From Bacteroidota bacterium (GTDB lineage: Bacteria; Bacteroidota; Bacteroidia; Palsa-965), in NCBI GenBank assembly GCA_016194975.1, contig JACQAM010000005.1, positions 85,266 through 149,265 of the forward strand: a DNA stretch of 64,000 nt, written 5' to 3'. Position 1 is the first letter of the stretch, and every line of letters begins with the position of its first letter. A program made the translations under genes and the position numbers. Positions 18,663 through 29,527 of the stretch are shown piece by piece. The notes under the pieces were generated by a model. It worked only from the letters and a program-made list of their open reading frames with translations. It made no database searches and was not told the DNA's origin.

Positions 18663-19592
18663 ATGAAAAAAAATCTACTTCACTCCACTGCTATTCTTTT
18701 AACGGCAATAATTTTTATTCCTCAGAATTTTTATGCGCAGGCGACGCTCATCAGCCAGTTGGATTTCAGCGGCAATTTCTCGGATGTTTATTCCAATGCA
18801 ACTGCTTCCGCCTTCAATGCTTCTGTCAATTCATTTTCTGCTACTACATGGTCGTGGACAGCGGACGCATCCGTTACCGGCGGCGGCGTACGAGTCACGA
18901 TTCCCGATGCGGTTTTTACAGAAAATGATTATTCAATTGCAGTAACTTTTCAATTTGCTGATGTGAGTGGCTACCGGAAGATCATTGATTTTTTCGATCG
19001 TGGTTCCGACCAGGGATTTTATATTTTTTCGGGCGATCTCGATCTCTATTCTTCCGGAACATTTGGTTCAACAGTACTGAGTCCGAATACCGATTACACC
19101 GTTCTCATGACGCGGAATATGGCCAATGATTCTGTGAACGCTTATCTCTTTTCTTCCAGTACACTTTTCCGTCAATCTTATGGCGTAGATCCAACACAGA
19201 ATTATGTTGCAAAATTGAGCGGTGCCGATCGCGTACTCGGATTTTTTTATGATGATAGCATTACGAGAACAGAATATACTTCAAGCGGAATCGTGGACCA
19301 GATACGGATCTGGAATGGAATTGTGAATCTCAATGATGTCATGACCGGAACTATTTCTGAAAATGCACTTCCATCATTTAATATTTATCCTGTTCCTGCT
19401 GAGCATTCGATCAACATCAGTTTTCCAATGGAAGAAAGCGGCCTTCTCGAAATATTCGATGTTACCGGCAACCTGGTGAAGAGTGAATCGATGGAAGGAA
19501 AAGAAAATTTTTCCATGAATATTGATGGGTTAGATCCGGGAATGTACCTGGTGCGGATCAATGGGATTTGCAGAAGGTTTATAAAAGAGTAA
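18663..19592 (+). CDS. Secreted protein with jelly-roll-like N-terminal domain and T9SS C-terminal domain
   Basis: Signal peptide. C-terminal NIYPVPAEHSINISF...MYLVRI sorting domain. Confidence 0.6.
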   Translation: MKKNLLHSTAILLTAIIFIPQNFYAQATLISQLDFSGNFSDVYSNATASAFNASVNSFSATTWSWTADASVTGGGVRVTIPDAVFTENDYSIAVTFQFADVSGYRKIIDFFDRGSDQGFYIFSGDLDLYSSGTFGSTVLSPNTDYTVLMTRNMANDSVNAYLFSSSTLFRQSYGVDPTQNYVAKLSGADRVLGFFYDDSITRTEYTSSGIVDQIRIWNGIVNLNDVMTGTISENALPSFNIYPVPAEHSINISFPMEESGLLEIFDVTGNLVKSESMEGKENFSMNIDGLDPGMYLVRINGICRRFIKE

Positions 19593-19663
19593 ACTGCCCC
19601 TTTTCAGATTTTTCTTACCTTTGCGCCCCTGCCGGAACGAACCGGTTGGTTAAATAAAACAGC

Positions 19664-19858
19664 ATGCCTAAGATGAAAACCAATTCCAGCGCGAAAAAAC
19701 GTTTCGCTATTACTGGAACGGGTAAGATCAAAAGGAAACATGCTTTCAAACGTCACATTCTTACCAAGAAAGAGAAAACACGTAAACGTCGCCTGACGAA
19801 TACAGGACTGGTTTCCAAACCCGACCTGAACAACGTGAAAGCTCTGCTTTGTATGTGA
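19664..19858 (+). CDS. rpmI: 50S ribosomal protein L35
   Basis: [36 protein letters not shown] matches the L35 family. Confidence 0.9.
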   Translation: MPKMKTNSSAKKRFAITGTGKIKRKHAFKRHILTKKEKTRKRRLTNTGLVSKPDLNNVKALLCM

Positions 19859-19996
19859 GAAAACGCAGAAAGTAGTTTATACTGGGTCAATCCGAAAAAT
19901 TTATCCGATCAGAATGGTCGGACAATGTTAAACCCGGTTTTGCAGTACAAAGTTCACTCCGCTAAGTGACACTCAAAACCAAAACGAAAAAACAAA

Positions 19997-20341
19997 ATGC
20001 CAAGATCAGTCAACAATGTAGCGTCGAGAGCTAAGAGGAAAAAATTCCTTAAGATGACGCGCGGCTACTGGGGTGCCAAAGGAAATGTTTGGACCGTAGC
20101 AAGAAACACACTCGAAAAAGGTCTCGTGTATGCCTACCGCGACCGCAAACAGAAAAAACGCAACTTCCGTTCCTTGTGGATCCAGCGCATCAACGCCGGA
20201 GTTCGCGAAGAAGGAATGTCCTATTCACAATTCATTGCAGCAGCCAATAAAAAAGGAATTACTCTCAACCGTAAAACTCTTGCTGATCTTGCGATGAATC
20301 ACCCCGAAGCTTTTAAAGCAGTGGTGAGATCGGTAAAATAA
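19997..20341 (+). CDS. rplT: 50S ribosomal protein L20
   Basis: [28 protein letters not shown]... matches the L20 family. Confidence 0.9.
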   Translation: MPRSVNNVASRAKRKKFLKMTRGYWGAKGNVWTVARNTLEKGLVYAYRDRKQKKRNFRSLWIQRINAGVREEGMSYSQFIAAANKKGITLNRKTLADLAMNHPEAFKAVVRSVK

Positions 20342-20362
20342 CACCACAGATTCGCACACATT

Positions 20363-20396
20363 AAATCCTCTCCGGAAATGGAGAGGATTTTTTTCT
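20363..20396 (+). terminator. Rho-independent terminator after rplT
   Basis: AAATCCTCTCC-GGAAAT-GGAGAGGATTT followed by TTTTTCTGTTT. Confidence 0.65.
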
Positions 20397-20476
20397 GTTT
20401 AAATTGTAGCGTTAGAAATTATTTTTTTTCTACTGTTTCTCTTCATTTTTTTTCTGCAGCCGCCGCTGAAAACTGC

Positions 20477-21091
20477 CTACTGCTTCCTCTTTATTCCACA
20501 TCCCGTAGAAACCGTGGTCTTCACTTCAATATCTTTTCCGGCAACTAACGCAGTCATCGCATCCATGAGATAATGATGCTGCACGGCGCTTTCATCTTTC
20601 GGAGAATCGTCGATCGCTCCCTGGTAAACTAAATTTCCATCTTTATTAAAAAGAAAACATTCCGGTGTGCGTGTAGCGCCGAATGCATCAGCAAAAACAG
20701 AATTCACATCGAGCAGGTACGGTGTAAGAAACTTTTGCCTGCTGCCATAATCTTTCATTGCAGATTTTGAATCATCGCCGTCACGATAACCTTCATTGGA
20801 ATTAATGATCACCATTCCTATTTCCAGTTTCTGAATATCGTGCTGCACCTTTGCAATTCTTTTTTCATTCGCGATCACGAACGGGCACGTGTTGCATGAA
20901 AACATAACGAGTAACCCGTTTTTCTTTTTCTGCGAATTCAGCGTGACCGGTTTATCATTCATCACGTTGATCAGCGTATCCTCTCCTTTCGGCATAGAAG
21001 TTCCGATAGAAATAGGAGTGATGTTTATTTTGATAAATGTGAATGCGGAAAGCGATGCCACCGCTGCGAGGAGGAAGATTGTTTTTTTCAT
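20477..21091 (-). CDS. TlpA/ResA-like periplasmic thiol-disulfide oxidoreductase (thioredoxin fold)
   Basis: Signal peptide. CNTC active-site CxxC inside a thioredoxin-like fold (FSCNTCPFV). Confidence 0.7.
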   Translation of the reverse strand: MKKTIFLLAAVASLSAFTFIKINITPISIGTSMPKGEDTLINVMNDKPVTLNSQKKKNGLLVMFSCNTCPFVIANEKRIAKVQHDIQKLEIGMVIINSNEGYRDGDDSKSAMKDYGSRQKFLTPYLLDVNSVFADAFGATRTPECFLFNKDGNLVYQGAIDDSPKDESAVQHHYLMDAMTALVAGKDIEVKTTVSTGCGIKRKQ

Positions 21092-21093
21092 TT

Positions 21094-21513
21094 TTAAGTT
21101 TTTATTATTGACGTTGAATTTTTTCCGAAATAAAGTATGGCCATTAAAATTCCCATTGTTCCATCTTCAATAATAGCAGCCATCATTCCCCATTTTCCGT
21201 GTCCCTGCGCATACAGCATGATCCAGAATGCAACAGCAATTAATTTTCCGATGGAACCGATGAAGAGAACAATTTTGTGTTTTGCCGGATCCATTGCTGC
21301 CATCCAGTAGGCAATTCCCATAATGAGCACCACGCTCCAGAAAAGATAATGGTACATCGCGAGATATGGAAATGTGTCCGACATATTCGGTGGAAATTTA
21401 AAAAATTCACGGAAGAAAAAAACCGGGGAAATGATCACCACCAGCGCCCCGCAGATATTGAACAGGGCGGCAAGAAAAAGTATAGCCCGTTGTTTTCCGA
21501 AAATGAATTTCAT
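21094..21513 (-). CDS. Hypothetical integral membrane protein
   Basis: Four predicted hydrophobic helices, 139 aa, adjacent and co-oriented with the thioredoxin gene. Confidence 0.45.
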   Translation of the reverse strand: MKFIFGKQRAILFLAALFNICGALVVIISPVFFFREFFKFPPNMSDTFPYLAMYHYLFWSVVLIMGIAYWMAAMDPAKHKIVLFIGSIGKLIAVAFWIMLYAQGHGKWGMMAAIIEDGTMGILMAILYFGKNSTSIIKT

Positions 21514-21516
21514 AGA

Positions 21517-22752
21517 TCAGTCGAAAGAAAGAATGGATTCGCGGATAATCTGCACGCACTCCATTATTTGTTCTTCCGTGATGCAGAGCGGAGGAGCAAA
21601 ACGGATGATGTCGCCGTGCGTAGGTTTCGCCAGCAATCCTTTCTCCATCATTTTAAGGCAAATGGTCCACACGTTGATACCGTCACTTTCCCCGATCACG
21701 ATCGCATTGAACAATCCTTTTCCACGAACGAGTTTTATTCTTGAAGATTTTATTTTTTTCAATTCCTCCCGTAGAATTTTTCCGAGACGCTCGGAATTTT
21801 CCGCGAGCTTTTCATTCTTCAGAATATTCAGCGCAGCTATAGCCACTTTACAAGCGAGCGGATTTCCGCCGTAAGTCGATCCGTGTTCGCCGGGATTGAT
21901 CGTGAGCATGATCTCATCATCAGCAAGAACAGCTGAAACAGGAATTGTTCCACCCGATAACGCTTTGCCGAGAACAAGAATATCGGGCCGAACATTTTCA
22001 TGATCGCAAGCAAGCATTTTTCCTGTGCGTCCTAAACCACTCTGCACTTCATCGGCCACCATCAGCACATTGTATTTCGAACAGAGATCGCGTACTCCTT
22101 TGAGATACCCTTCGTCAGGAACAATAACTCCTGCTTCTCCCTGCACCGGTTCAAAGATAAATGCAGCGACAAACGGATCCAGGAAAGTTTTTTCCAGCAC
22201 ATCAAGGTCGTTGTATTTTAACACAACGTATCCCGGAACCAGCGGGCCGAATCCGCCATAAGAAGTGGGATCGGTTGAGGCTGAGATGGAAGAAATGGTT
22301 CTTCCGTGAAAATTATTTTCCACCCAAACGATCTTCGCCATGTTATCAGGAATATTTTTCACCTGGTAACCCCAGCGCCGCGAAAGTTTAACTGCAGTTT
22401 CCACGGCTTCAACGCCGGTATTCATTGGTAAAACTTTATCGTAACCGAAAAAATGCGTGATGAATTTTTCATATTCGCCCAATGAGTCGTTATAAAATGC
22501 GCGCGAGGTAAGCGTCAGTTTTTTTGATTGTTCGACAAGCGCAGAAATAATTTCCGGGTGACAATGACCCTGGTTAACGGCCGAATAGGCTGCGAGAAAA
22601 TCGTAATATTTTTTTCCATTCACATCCCACACAAAAACGCCTTCACCTTTTGCAAGCACCACAGGGAGCGGATGATAATTGTGAGCGCCATACTGCGCTT
22701 CCATCGCCATCAATTCTTCGGAACGGGTTAATTTTTCAGCCACGGGATTCAT
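21517..22752 (-). CDS. rocD: Ornithine aminotransferase (class III PLP aminotransferase)
   Basis: 411 aa. The N-terminus ...[52 protein letters not shown] is typical of OAT. Confidence 0.85.
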   Translation of the reverse strand: MNPVAEKLTRSEELMAMEAQYGAHNYHPLPVVLAKGEGVFVWDVNGKKYYDFLAAYSAVNQGHCHPEIISALVEQSKKLTLTSRAFYNDSLGEYEKFITHFFGYDKVLPMNTGVEAVETAVKLSRRWGYQVKNIPDNMAKIVWVENNFHGRTISSISASTDPTSYGGFGPLVPGYVVLKYNDLDVLEKTFLDPFVAAFIFEPVQGEAGVIVPDEGYLKGVRDLCSKYNVLMVADEVQSGLGRTGKMLACDHENVRPDILVLGKALSGGTIPVSAVLADDEIMLTINPGEHGSTYGGNPLACKVAIAALNILKNEKLAENSERLGKILREELKKIKSSRIKLVRGKGLFNAIVIGESDGINVWTICLKMMEKGLLAKPTHGDIIRFAPPLCITEEQIMECVQIIRESILSFD

Positions 22753-22863
22753 GAAATTTCTGGATTTTTGAGAATGAAAATTGATAATGTAAAGATACGG
22801 TTTTCAAATTGACCTTTTCACTTATTGAATCCTGAATCTCCGAATCCTTACCTTCGCAAACCA

Positions 22864-24315
22864 ATGAAGAATTTTAATTCGCAGGTTTTTGAAAAAGTAG
22901 AAATAACCGCTGCGGCGGCCGAAGGAAAATCACTCGCGCGTGTGGATAACCGCGTGATCTTTATTTCCAATGCTGTTCCCGGTGACATCGCAGACATACG
23001 AATCACGCGCAAGCAGAAAAAATTCTTCGAAGGAGTTGCAACAAATTTTCACCGGTATTCAGAAAAGCGCACTCCCCCACTCTGCAAACATTTCGGTTTA
23101 TGCGGCGGTTGCAAATGGCAGCATCTCGATTACCAATGGCAATTACATTACAAACGGCAGCAAGTCATCGATGCATTCTCCCGCATTGGTAAAATTCAAT
23201 TCCCGGAAGTGTTGCCCATCATCGGTTCAAAAGAAATTTACAATTACAGGAATCGTCTCGATTTTTCTTTTTCGAATAAAAAATGGTTGACCATCGAAGA
23301 AATAAACAGCGGAGAAACTTTCGACCGCAATGCGCTCGGCTTTCACATTCCCGGAACATTCGATAAAGTGCTCGATCTCGAGGAATGTCATTTGCAGGGA
23401 AATAATTCCGAACAGATCAGGAAGTTTGTACGTGAATTCTGTTCGGAAAAAAAATATTCTTTCTTCGACATACGCGCGCAGCACGGGCTCATGCGCACAC
23501 TCACCATACGCACCGCACACACAGGAGAAATCATGGTGATCGTTCAGTTCTTTGAAAATGATCCGGAAAAAAGAGATGAACTGCTCTCCGCTATTGCAGA
23601 AAAATTTCCGCAGATCACTTCACTCATGTGGGTGGTGAATCCGAAAGGAAATGATACGTTCAACGATCTTTCCATACATACTTTTTCCGGACGCGATCAT
23701 ATTTTTGAGAAGATGCCCGACCGTTCCGCCCGACCGGACGAGCCATTCGGACGGGATACGGACGGGGAGGATCTTCAATTCAAGATCGGGCCAAAATCTT
23801 TTTATCAGACCAATTCTGCACAAGCTTATGAATTGTACAAAGTGGCGCGCGAATTTGCAGGGCTCACCGGGAAAGAAAATGTGTACGATCTCTACACCGG
23901 AACCGGAACGATCGCCTTGTTCATTGCAAAACTTGCGAAAAAAGTTACCGGCGTAGAATTAGTTCCCGCTGCGATCGCCGATGCAAAAGAAAATGCTGAA
24001 TTGAATAATATTAAAAACACAAACTTCTTTGCTGCCGACATGAAAGACATTTTTACTTCTGCATTCATGGCAGAGAACGGAAAACCGGATGTGATCATCA
24101 CCGATCCTCCGCGCACGGGCATGCACGAAGATGTGGTGCGCTGTATGGCAGATTCAGGAGCGGAAAAAGTTGTTTACGTGAGTTGCAATCCCGCTTCGCA
24201 GGCGCGCGATCTTGCTTTGCTCGATGAAAAATATTCCGTGGAAAAAGTTCAACCCGTCGATATGTTCCCGCAAACACATCACGTAGAAAATGTTTGTTTG
24301 CTTCGTAAACGTTAA
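22864..24315 (+). CDS. rlmD: 23S rRNA (uracil-5)-methyltransferase RlmD/RumA (TRAM domain + 4Fe-4S + SAM MTase)
   Basis: N-terminal TRAM domain, CGGC Fe-S cysteines and C-terminal SAM-MTase fold (DPPRTG). The ORF track start at 22825 is a TTG, so the ATG at 22864 is preferred. Confidence 0.85.
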   Translation: MKNFNSQVFEKVEITAAAAEGKSLARVDNRVIFISNAVPGDIADIRITRKQKKFFEGVATNFHRYSEKRTPPLCKHFGLCGGCKWQHLDYQWQLHYKRQQVIDAFSRIGKIQFPEVLPIIGSKEIYNYRNRLDFSFSNKKWLTIEEINSGETFDRNALGFHIPGTFDKVLDLEECHLQGNNSEQIRKFVREFCSEKKYSFFDIRAQHGLMRTLTIRTAHTGEIMVIVQFFENDPEKRDELLSAIAEKFPQITSLMWVVNPKGNDTFNDLSIHTFSGRDHIFEKMPDRSARPDEPFGRDTDGEDLQFKIGPKSFYQTNSAQAYELYKVAREFAGLTGKENVYDLYTGTGTIALFIAKLAKKVTGVELVPAAIADAKENAELNNIKNTNFFAADMKDIFTSAFMAENGKPDVIITDPPRTGMHEDVVRCMADSGAEKVVYVSCNPASQARDLALLDEKYSVEKVQPVDMFPQTHHVENVCLLRKR

Positions 24316-24378
24316 CAGTTTTCGGTTTGCTGTTTTCAGTTTTATCATTCATTGAGAAAAGCAACGGAAAACAGTAAA

Positions 24379-25701
24379 CTAAATAACAATTCTCTCCCTG
24401 TACAAAAATTTATTCTGCGTGGAATCATACGGCCGATAGATGTAATAAACATATCCGTCGCGGATGTGGATCTGTTTCACATACGGATCTTCGATATGAA
24501 ATTCTCCAATGACTTTTCCTGTTTTTATATCGATCTTCTTCAGCGAAATTTTTCCATCGTGTTCAAACTGGGCATAAATTTCGCCGGTCACTTCATCCTT
24601 GTACATTTTCCGGTCCCAGTCTTTCCAGTTCTTCGGGTGATGATAATCGATCTTCGAAGAGCCGATCACATTTTCGTTCTCGTCAAATAAAAAAAGCGAA
24701 TCGGAATAATGATCGAAAACACAAACCGTATCGTGCACAACGAACGCGGGCGCATAAAGGGGCGTGTAATAAATGCTCTGCGGAAAACCGGTCATTGTTG
24801 CCGCAATAATCCTTTTATCGATCCCGGTGTACGCTTCCATTTTCCGTGCATACAACCTATCCTTCGGTTTTAAATAATCGAATTCCCAGTTGTATTGCGC
24901 AAGCAGGTCGGCATCCACAATGTAATGCATCAGTTGGATCATCGTGTCGCGCGGATCATACGCGTAATAAGAGAACGAAGGATAATCGCGATTGTAATTT
25001 GAAAATAATATTTGCGGGCCGAGCGTGTCCACACAGGGAAGAAAACGTTCGCAGAAATCTTTATAAGGCAGTGCAAGGAGCAGCACATTTCCCGGTGGCA
25101 CGATTTTCACCCTGAAAGCGCTGTCCCTGCACATGACGTTGTAATGTCCCTGGTAATCTTTATAAAGCGAAATGGCTTCGCCCGGAACATTCATGCTTGA
25201 AATAATTTTATCTCTGTTCGTGAGCATCACTTTCGCCGCGTTAAGTGATTTTTCAAATGTGAGAAGCAAATAACTGGTGTCGCTGAGAATAGCATAATCC
25301 TCAATGAAAAAATGACGGCTGCCGATCACTGTATCCGGCCCGGAGCGAATGGGGATCTCATGAAGTACGATCAGTTGCGGTTCAAGAATAATGTCAAGGT
25401 GAAGTGTATCGCCGATCGCAGTTTTCAGAAGCGAAGAAGAAATAATTTTTGTTTCTGCTTTGTAACCGATCAGGCGAAAATTCAATTGGCTCCCGCTTTT
25501 GTAATCGATCAGAAGTGCATAGCGCCCATTCTTGTCTGAAGTTGTAAATCGCTTCGGGTCATTGCAGGTCACCACCACTCCCTGTAATTCTGAACTGTCT
25601 TTTACAGAAATTATTTTTCCGAGAACAAGTAACCTGTTATCCTGCGCGTGAATGAGAACAGAAAAAAATAATGCTGCCGCAAAAAGTAAACGCCGTGCCA
25701 T
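24379..25701 (-). CDS. Secreted hypothetical protein with N-terminal CarboxypepD_reg-like domain
   Basis: Signal peptide. LGKIISVKD...GVVVTCNDP..TTSDKNGRYAL is typical of a CarboxypepD_reg fold. Confidence 0.5.
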   Translation of the reverse strand: MARRLLFAAALFFSVLIHAQDNRLLVLGKIISVKDSSELQGVVVTCNDPKRFTTSDKNGRYALLIDYKSGSQLNFRLIGYKAETKIISSSLLKTAIGDTLHLDIILEPQLIVLHEIPIRSGPDTVIGSRHFFIEDYAILSDTSYLLLTFEKSLNAAKVMLTNRDKIISSMNVPGEAISLYKDYQGHYNVMCRDSAFRVKIVPPGNVLLLALPYKDFCERFLPCVDTLGPQILFSNYNRDYPSFSYYAYDPRDTMIQLMHYIVDADLLAQYNWEFDYLKPKDRLYARKMEAYTGIDKRIIAATMTGFPQSIYYTPLYAPAFVVHDTVCVFDHYSDSLFLFDENENVIGSSKIDYHHPKNWKDWDRKMYKDEVTGEIYAQFEHDGKISLKKIDIKTGKVIGEFHIEDPYVKQIHIRDGYVYYIYRPYDSTQNKFLYRERIVI

Positions 25702-25871
25702 ACCTGCTTTTAAAGATAGACGTTGCAGGCCGATTATTCCACAACAAGGTATTTTCCGGTTAACAAGTGGCGGTAATTATTGAATGAATGGCTCCGGAAT
25801 AAATCGCAAATCACAAAATCCAAATATATGATTGCTACTAAGAGGTGTTTAAATTTCATCCTTCTGTTTTG

Positions 25872-26324
25872 TTATGCCACCGTCGAAAGAATCCTATTAT
25901 CACCCAAACATTCCGTAAGTTCAATAAGATTGTGTTTCATCAAAGGTTTACTCAGGCACGTGATCACATTCGGACATTTCATTTTGTAAAATACCTCCGA
26001 TGGATTGAACATACTGGTGAGAATGGCGATGGATGTTCTTTGACGAACAGGTAGCGGCAAAGTTTGAAATTTCCGAACGAATTCTTCACCGTTCATACAG
26101 GGCATATTCAGGTCAAGAAGGATGAGTGATGGAACTTCATTGAATTTTCCCGACCGTCCCAGTTCTTCCAGGAATTCAAAGGCTTCGCGGGCACTGGTAT
26201 ATTCGAGAATCTCATTGGCAAAATCTGTTTGTTGCATAATTCTCGACGACACAAAATTGTCTATCTCATTATCATCAATAAGCATGATGCGTTCGATGGT
26301 ATTGAAAACTTTTTCTTTTTTCAT
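25872..26324 (-). CDS. Stand-alone response-regulator receiver (CheY-like) protein
   Basis: Receiver-domain acidic pocket: DDNEID, then LILLDLNMP with the phospho-acceptor Asp. Confidence 0.7.
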   Translation of the reverse strand: MKKEKVFNTIERIMLIDDNEIDNFVSSRIMQQTDFANEILEYTSAREAFEFLEELGRSGKFNEVPSLILLDLNMPCMNGEEFVRKFQTLPLPVRQRTSIAILTSMFNPSEVFYKMKCPNVITCLSKPLMKHNLIELTECLGDNRILSTVA

Positions 26325-26474
26325 TTTCGTTTTATTGTTGACACAAAAGTACTTTCAACAAACTCCCGGGAAAACCCTAATCCCTTTTTTATAAAACAGA
26401 TGTAAGGTTTTGCGGGAATCTGAATGATCATTCCGGCTATATTTGAAAAAAATGAGACGGTACATTCTTTGACG

Positions 26475-27809
26475 ATGGAAAAAAATAATACGCAACCCAA
26501 ACAACCGCTTCGTTTTTTCGATCTCACGATGATCGTTGTGAGTCTGGTGATCGGGATGGGAATTTTCAAAACGCCGGCAAGCGTTGCGAAGGTGGCCGAT
26601 TCTTCCAATATTTTTTTTCTGGCATGGATCATTGGTGGAGTCGTTGCATTGAGCGGCGCACTTACGTTCGCGGAGATTGGTTCGCGTTTACCGGTGAGCG
26701 GCGGTTACTATCGTATTTTTTCTCATTGTTATCATCCTGCATTTGCTTTCATGCTCAACGGAACCATTCTTATTTCGAATGCCGCTTCTGTAGCAGGCGT
26801 TGCACTCATTGGTGCAGAATATATTACTCCGCACTTTCTTTACGAGGACTGGAATAAGGAAACCATTAATCTGGTAGTGGCAGTGAGCATGATCGTTATT
26901 TTTTTCGGGCTCAATCTTCTCGGGCTGAAAACAAGTTCGCGCACACAGAATGTGCTTACTGTTTTCAAATTAGTGGTGGTGACTGCACTCTGTTTCACAG
27001 TTTTTTTTCCTTCGAATGAAACAAAAACAGTGCAGGAAATAATTTCAACGGGGCCACACAGTTTTCTCAAATCGCTTGGCCTTTGTCTCATTCCCATTTC
27101 CTTCACTTATGGCGGATACCAGCAAACCATAAATTTCGGAGGAGAAGTGGAAAATGCGCCACGCATTATGCCGCGCGCTATCATTGCCGGTATGATCGTC
27201 GTAACGATTCTTTATCTCTCGATCAACTTTGCATACATGCACATCATTGGTTTCCATTCGCTGAAAAGTGCGGAAACTATTGGCCAGACTTTATCTGCAA
27301 AAATTCTCGGAAACATAGGCGGGAAAATATTTTCACTGTTGCTTTTTTTCTCCGTGCTCGCTTATGTCAATATCGGTTTGCTCTCGAATCCACGTGTAAT
27401 CATGGCGATGAGCGAAGAAAAAACTTTGCCGGCATTTTTCAGTTACCATTCGAAAAAATTCAATGTCCCGGTGTGGTCGCTCGTTGCATTTACACTGGTA
27501 ACGGTGATCGTTTTGTTCTTCGCTAAAACTTTTGATACGCTGGTAAATTATGTGATCTTCCTCGACTCCAGCGGATTTGTTTTTGCCGCAGCAACAATTT
27601 TTATTCTGCGTTACCGTAAAACGGGCGAAGAAAAAAAGATCTACAAGTTGTTCCTGTATCCTGTTCTGCCGGCGTTGTTCATTATTGCTTACCTGCTCAT
27701 TGCTTTTTCGGTGGTGATGAAAGGATATATTTATCCGCTCTACGATATTCTCGTTTTTGTTTTTTTCCTGCTGCTTTATTTTGTTTTCAATTTCCGGAAA
27801 AGAAAGTGA
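26475..27809 (+). CDS. Amino-acid permease (APC superfamily), 12 TM segments
   Basis: Highly hydrophobic 445 aa with an APC-like N-terminal GxG motif region. The start is taken at the ATG at 26475. Confidence 0.75.
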   Translation: MEKNNTQPKQPLRFFDLTMIVVSLVIGMGIFKTPASVAKVADSSNIFFLAWIIGGVVALSGALTFAEIGSRLPVSGGYYRIFSHCYHPAFAFMLNGTILISNAASVAGVALIGAEYITPHFLYEDWNKETINLVVAVSMIVIFFGLNLLGLKTSSRTQNVLTVFKLVVVTALCFTVFFPSNETKTVQEIISTGPHSFLKSLGLCLIPISFTYGGYQQTINFGGEVENAPRIMPRAIIAGMIVVTILYLSINFAYMHIIGFHSLKSAETIGQTLSAKILGNIGGKIFSLLLFFSVLAYVNIGLLSNPRVIMAMSEEKTLPAFFSYHSKKFNVPVWSLVAFTLVTVIVLFFAKTFDTLVNYVIFLDSSGFVFAAATIFILRYRKTGEEKKIYKLFLYPVLPALFIIAYLLIAFSVVMKGYIYPLYDILVFVFFLLLYFVFNFRKRK

Positions 27810-27826
27810 GGCGTACTCGCGATGTA

Positions 27827-27840
27827 TTTTAGAGATGCCC
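27827..27840. repeat. Right-end fragment (TTTTAGAGATGCCC) of the MITE/REP-like element, after the permease stop
   Basis: Matches the right terminus of the full copies. Confidence 0.3.
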
Positions 27841-27950
27841 TTCAATTATATTTTTGCAATGCAATGAGCTGAAATTTTCATTGAAATTGACACATTCACC
27901 CATTAGCACATCGGCAAATTGTACTTATTTTCGCACCTCAATCTTACACT

Positions 27951-29336
27951 ATGAGTTACGACGTCATTATCATCGGAAGCGGCCCCGGCGGATATGTTAC
28001 TGCCATTCGTGCATCTCAACTCGGACTGAAAACTGCCGTGGTGGAAAAAGCAGAACTCGGCGGAATTTGTCTCAACTGGGGATGCATTCCTACCAAAGCT
28101 CTTCTGAAAAGTGCGCAGGTTTTTGAATATTTAAAACATGCATCTGATTATGGTGTGAATGTGCAGGGCGGAACAGCCGATTTTTCTGCGGTGGTAAAAC
28201 GCAGCCGCGATGTGGCCGGTGGAATGAGCAAAGGCGTTCAGTTCCTGATGAAGAAAAATAAAATTGATGTGATCGTTGGAACGGCGAAAGTTGCTGCAGG
28301 TAAAAAAGTAAACGTTACTTCTGGAGAAAAAACCACCACCTACGAAGCAAAAAATATAATCATCGCTACGGGCGCCCGCTCACGTGAGCTGCCGAATTTA
28401 AAACAGGATGGAAAAAAAATAATCGGTTATCGTGAAGCGATGATATTGCCTGCACTTCCGAAATCAATGGTCGTTGTCGGATCAGGCGCTATCGGTGTGG
28501 AGTTCGCTTATTTCTATGCAGCAATGGGAACAAAAGTTACCGTAGTAGAATTCATGCCGAATGTTGTTCCCATCGAAGACGAAGAAGTTTCGAAACAATT
28601 AGAACGTTCGTTCAAAAAATCGGGAATAGAAATAATGACGAATGCCGGCGTGGAAAGTGTGGACACCAGCGGCGCAGGTTGCAAAGTGAAAGTGAAAACG
28701 AAGGACGGAGAAAAAAATATTGAATGCGATATTGTTCTTTCTGCAGTGGGAATCACTTCGAATATTGAAAACATTGGATTGGAAGATGTGGGCATTGCCA
28801 CTGACAAAGGAAAAATTCTCGTCGGAAAATATTATGAGACTAATATTCCCGGCTACTTCGCTATTGGCGATGTCATAGGCACACAGGCGCTCGCGCACGT
28901 GGCCAGCGCAGAAGGAATTACCTGCGTTGAAAAAATTGTCGGGCTCGATCCTGAAGGAATCGATTATAAAAATATTCCGGGCTGCACGTATTGTCAGCCG
29001 GAAATTGCTTCCGTAGGTTACACGGAAAAAGCTGCGAAAGAAGCCGGATTTGAATTGAAGATCGGTAAGTTTCCATTTTCTGCTTCCGGCAAAGCAAAAG
29101 CTGCAGGAAGCGCCGATGGTTTCATCAAGTTAATTTTCGATGCAAAATACGGCGAACTCCTCGGCGCACACATGATCGGTGCAAATGTTACGGAGATGAT
29201 CGCGGAAATTGTTGCGATCCGCAAATTAGAAACCACCGGGCACGAATTGATCAAAACAATTCATCCGCACCCGACGATGTCTGAAGGAATAATGGAAGCG
29301 GCAGCTGCGGCCTATGGAGAAGTGATTCATTTGTAG
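27951..29336 (+). CDS. lpdA: Dihydrolipoyl dehydrogenase (E3)
   Basis: FAD-binding GSGPGG, redox-active CLNWGCIPTK disulfide and C-terminal dimerisation domain with HPHPT. Confidence 0.9.
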   Translation: MSYDVIIIGSGPGGYVTAIRASQLGLKTAVVEKAELGGICLNWGCIPTKALLKSAQVFEYLKHASDYGVNVQGGTADFSAVVKRSRDVAGGMSKGVQFLMKKNKIDVIVGTAKVAAGKKVNVTSGEKTTTYEAKNIIIATGARSRELPNLKQDGKKIIGYREAMILPALPKSMVVVGSGAIGVEFAYFYAAMGTKVTVVEFMPNVVPIEDEEVSKQLERSFKKSGIEIMTNAGVESVDTSGAGCKVKVKTKDGEKNIECDIVLSAVGITSNIENIGLEDVGIATDKGKILVGKYYETNIPGYFAIGDVIGTQALAHVASAEGITCVEKIVGLDPEGIDYKNIPGCTYCQPEIASVGYTEKAAKEAGFELKIGKFPFSASGKAKAAGSADGFIKLIFDAKYGELLGAHMIGANVTEMIAEIVAIRKLETTGHELIKTIHPHPTMSEGIMEAAAAAYGEVIHL

Positions 29337-29429
29337 GGCATCTCTAATAACTTCGAACTGCTGCGTTGGGCTACGTCCTCAAAATCCTCATTTACGAATA
29401 GTAAATTCCGGTTTTTCGGGCTTGCCCGC
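29337..29429. repeat. MITE/REP-like element copy (left IR and core, right end diverged) immediately after the lpdA stop
   Basis: GGGCATCTCTAATAACTTCGAACTGCTGCGTTGGGCTACGTCCTCAAAATCCTCATTTACGAATAGTAAATTCCGGTTTTTCGGGCTTGCCCGC matches the reverse complement of the 58353-58474 copy. Confidence 0.65.
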
Positions 29430-29527
29430 TGTAAATCGTCAGCATAATGTGGACTGAATTTAGTCAAAAGTAAGAGAGTGTTTACAGGGAGCTTACAAAG
29501 GGTCTGAATTGTTCTTGAAAATTTAAT

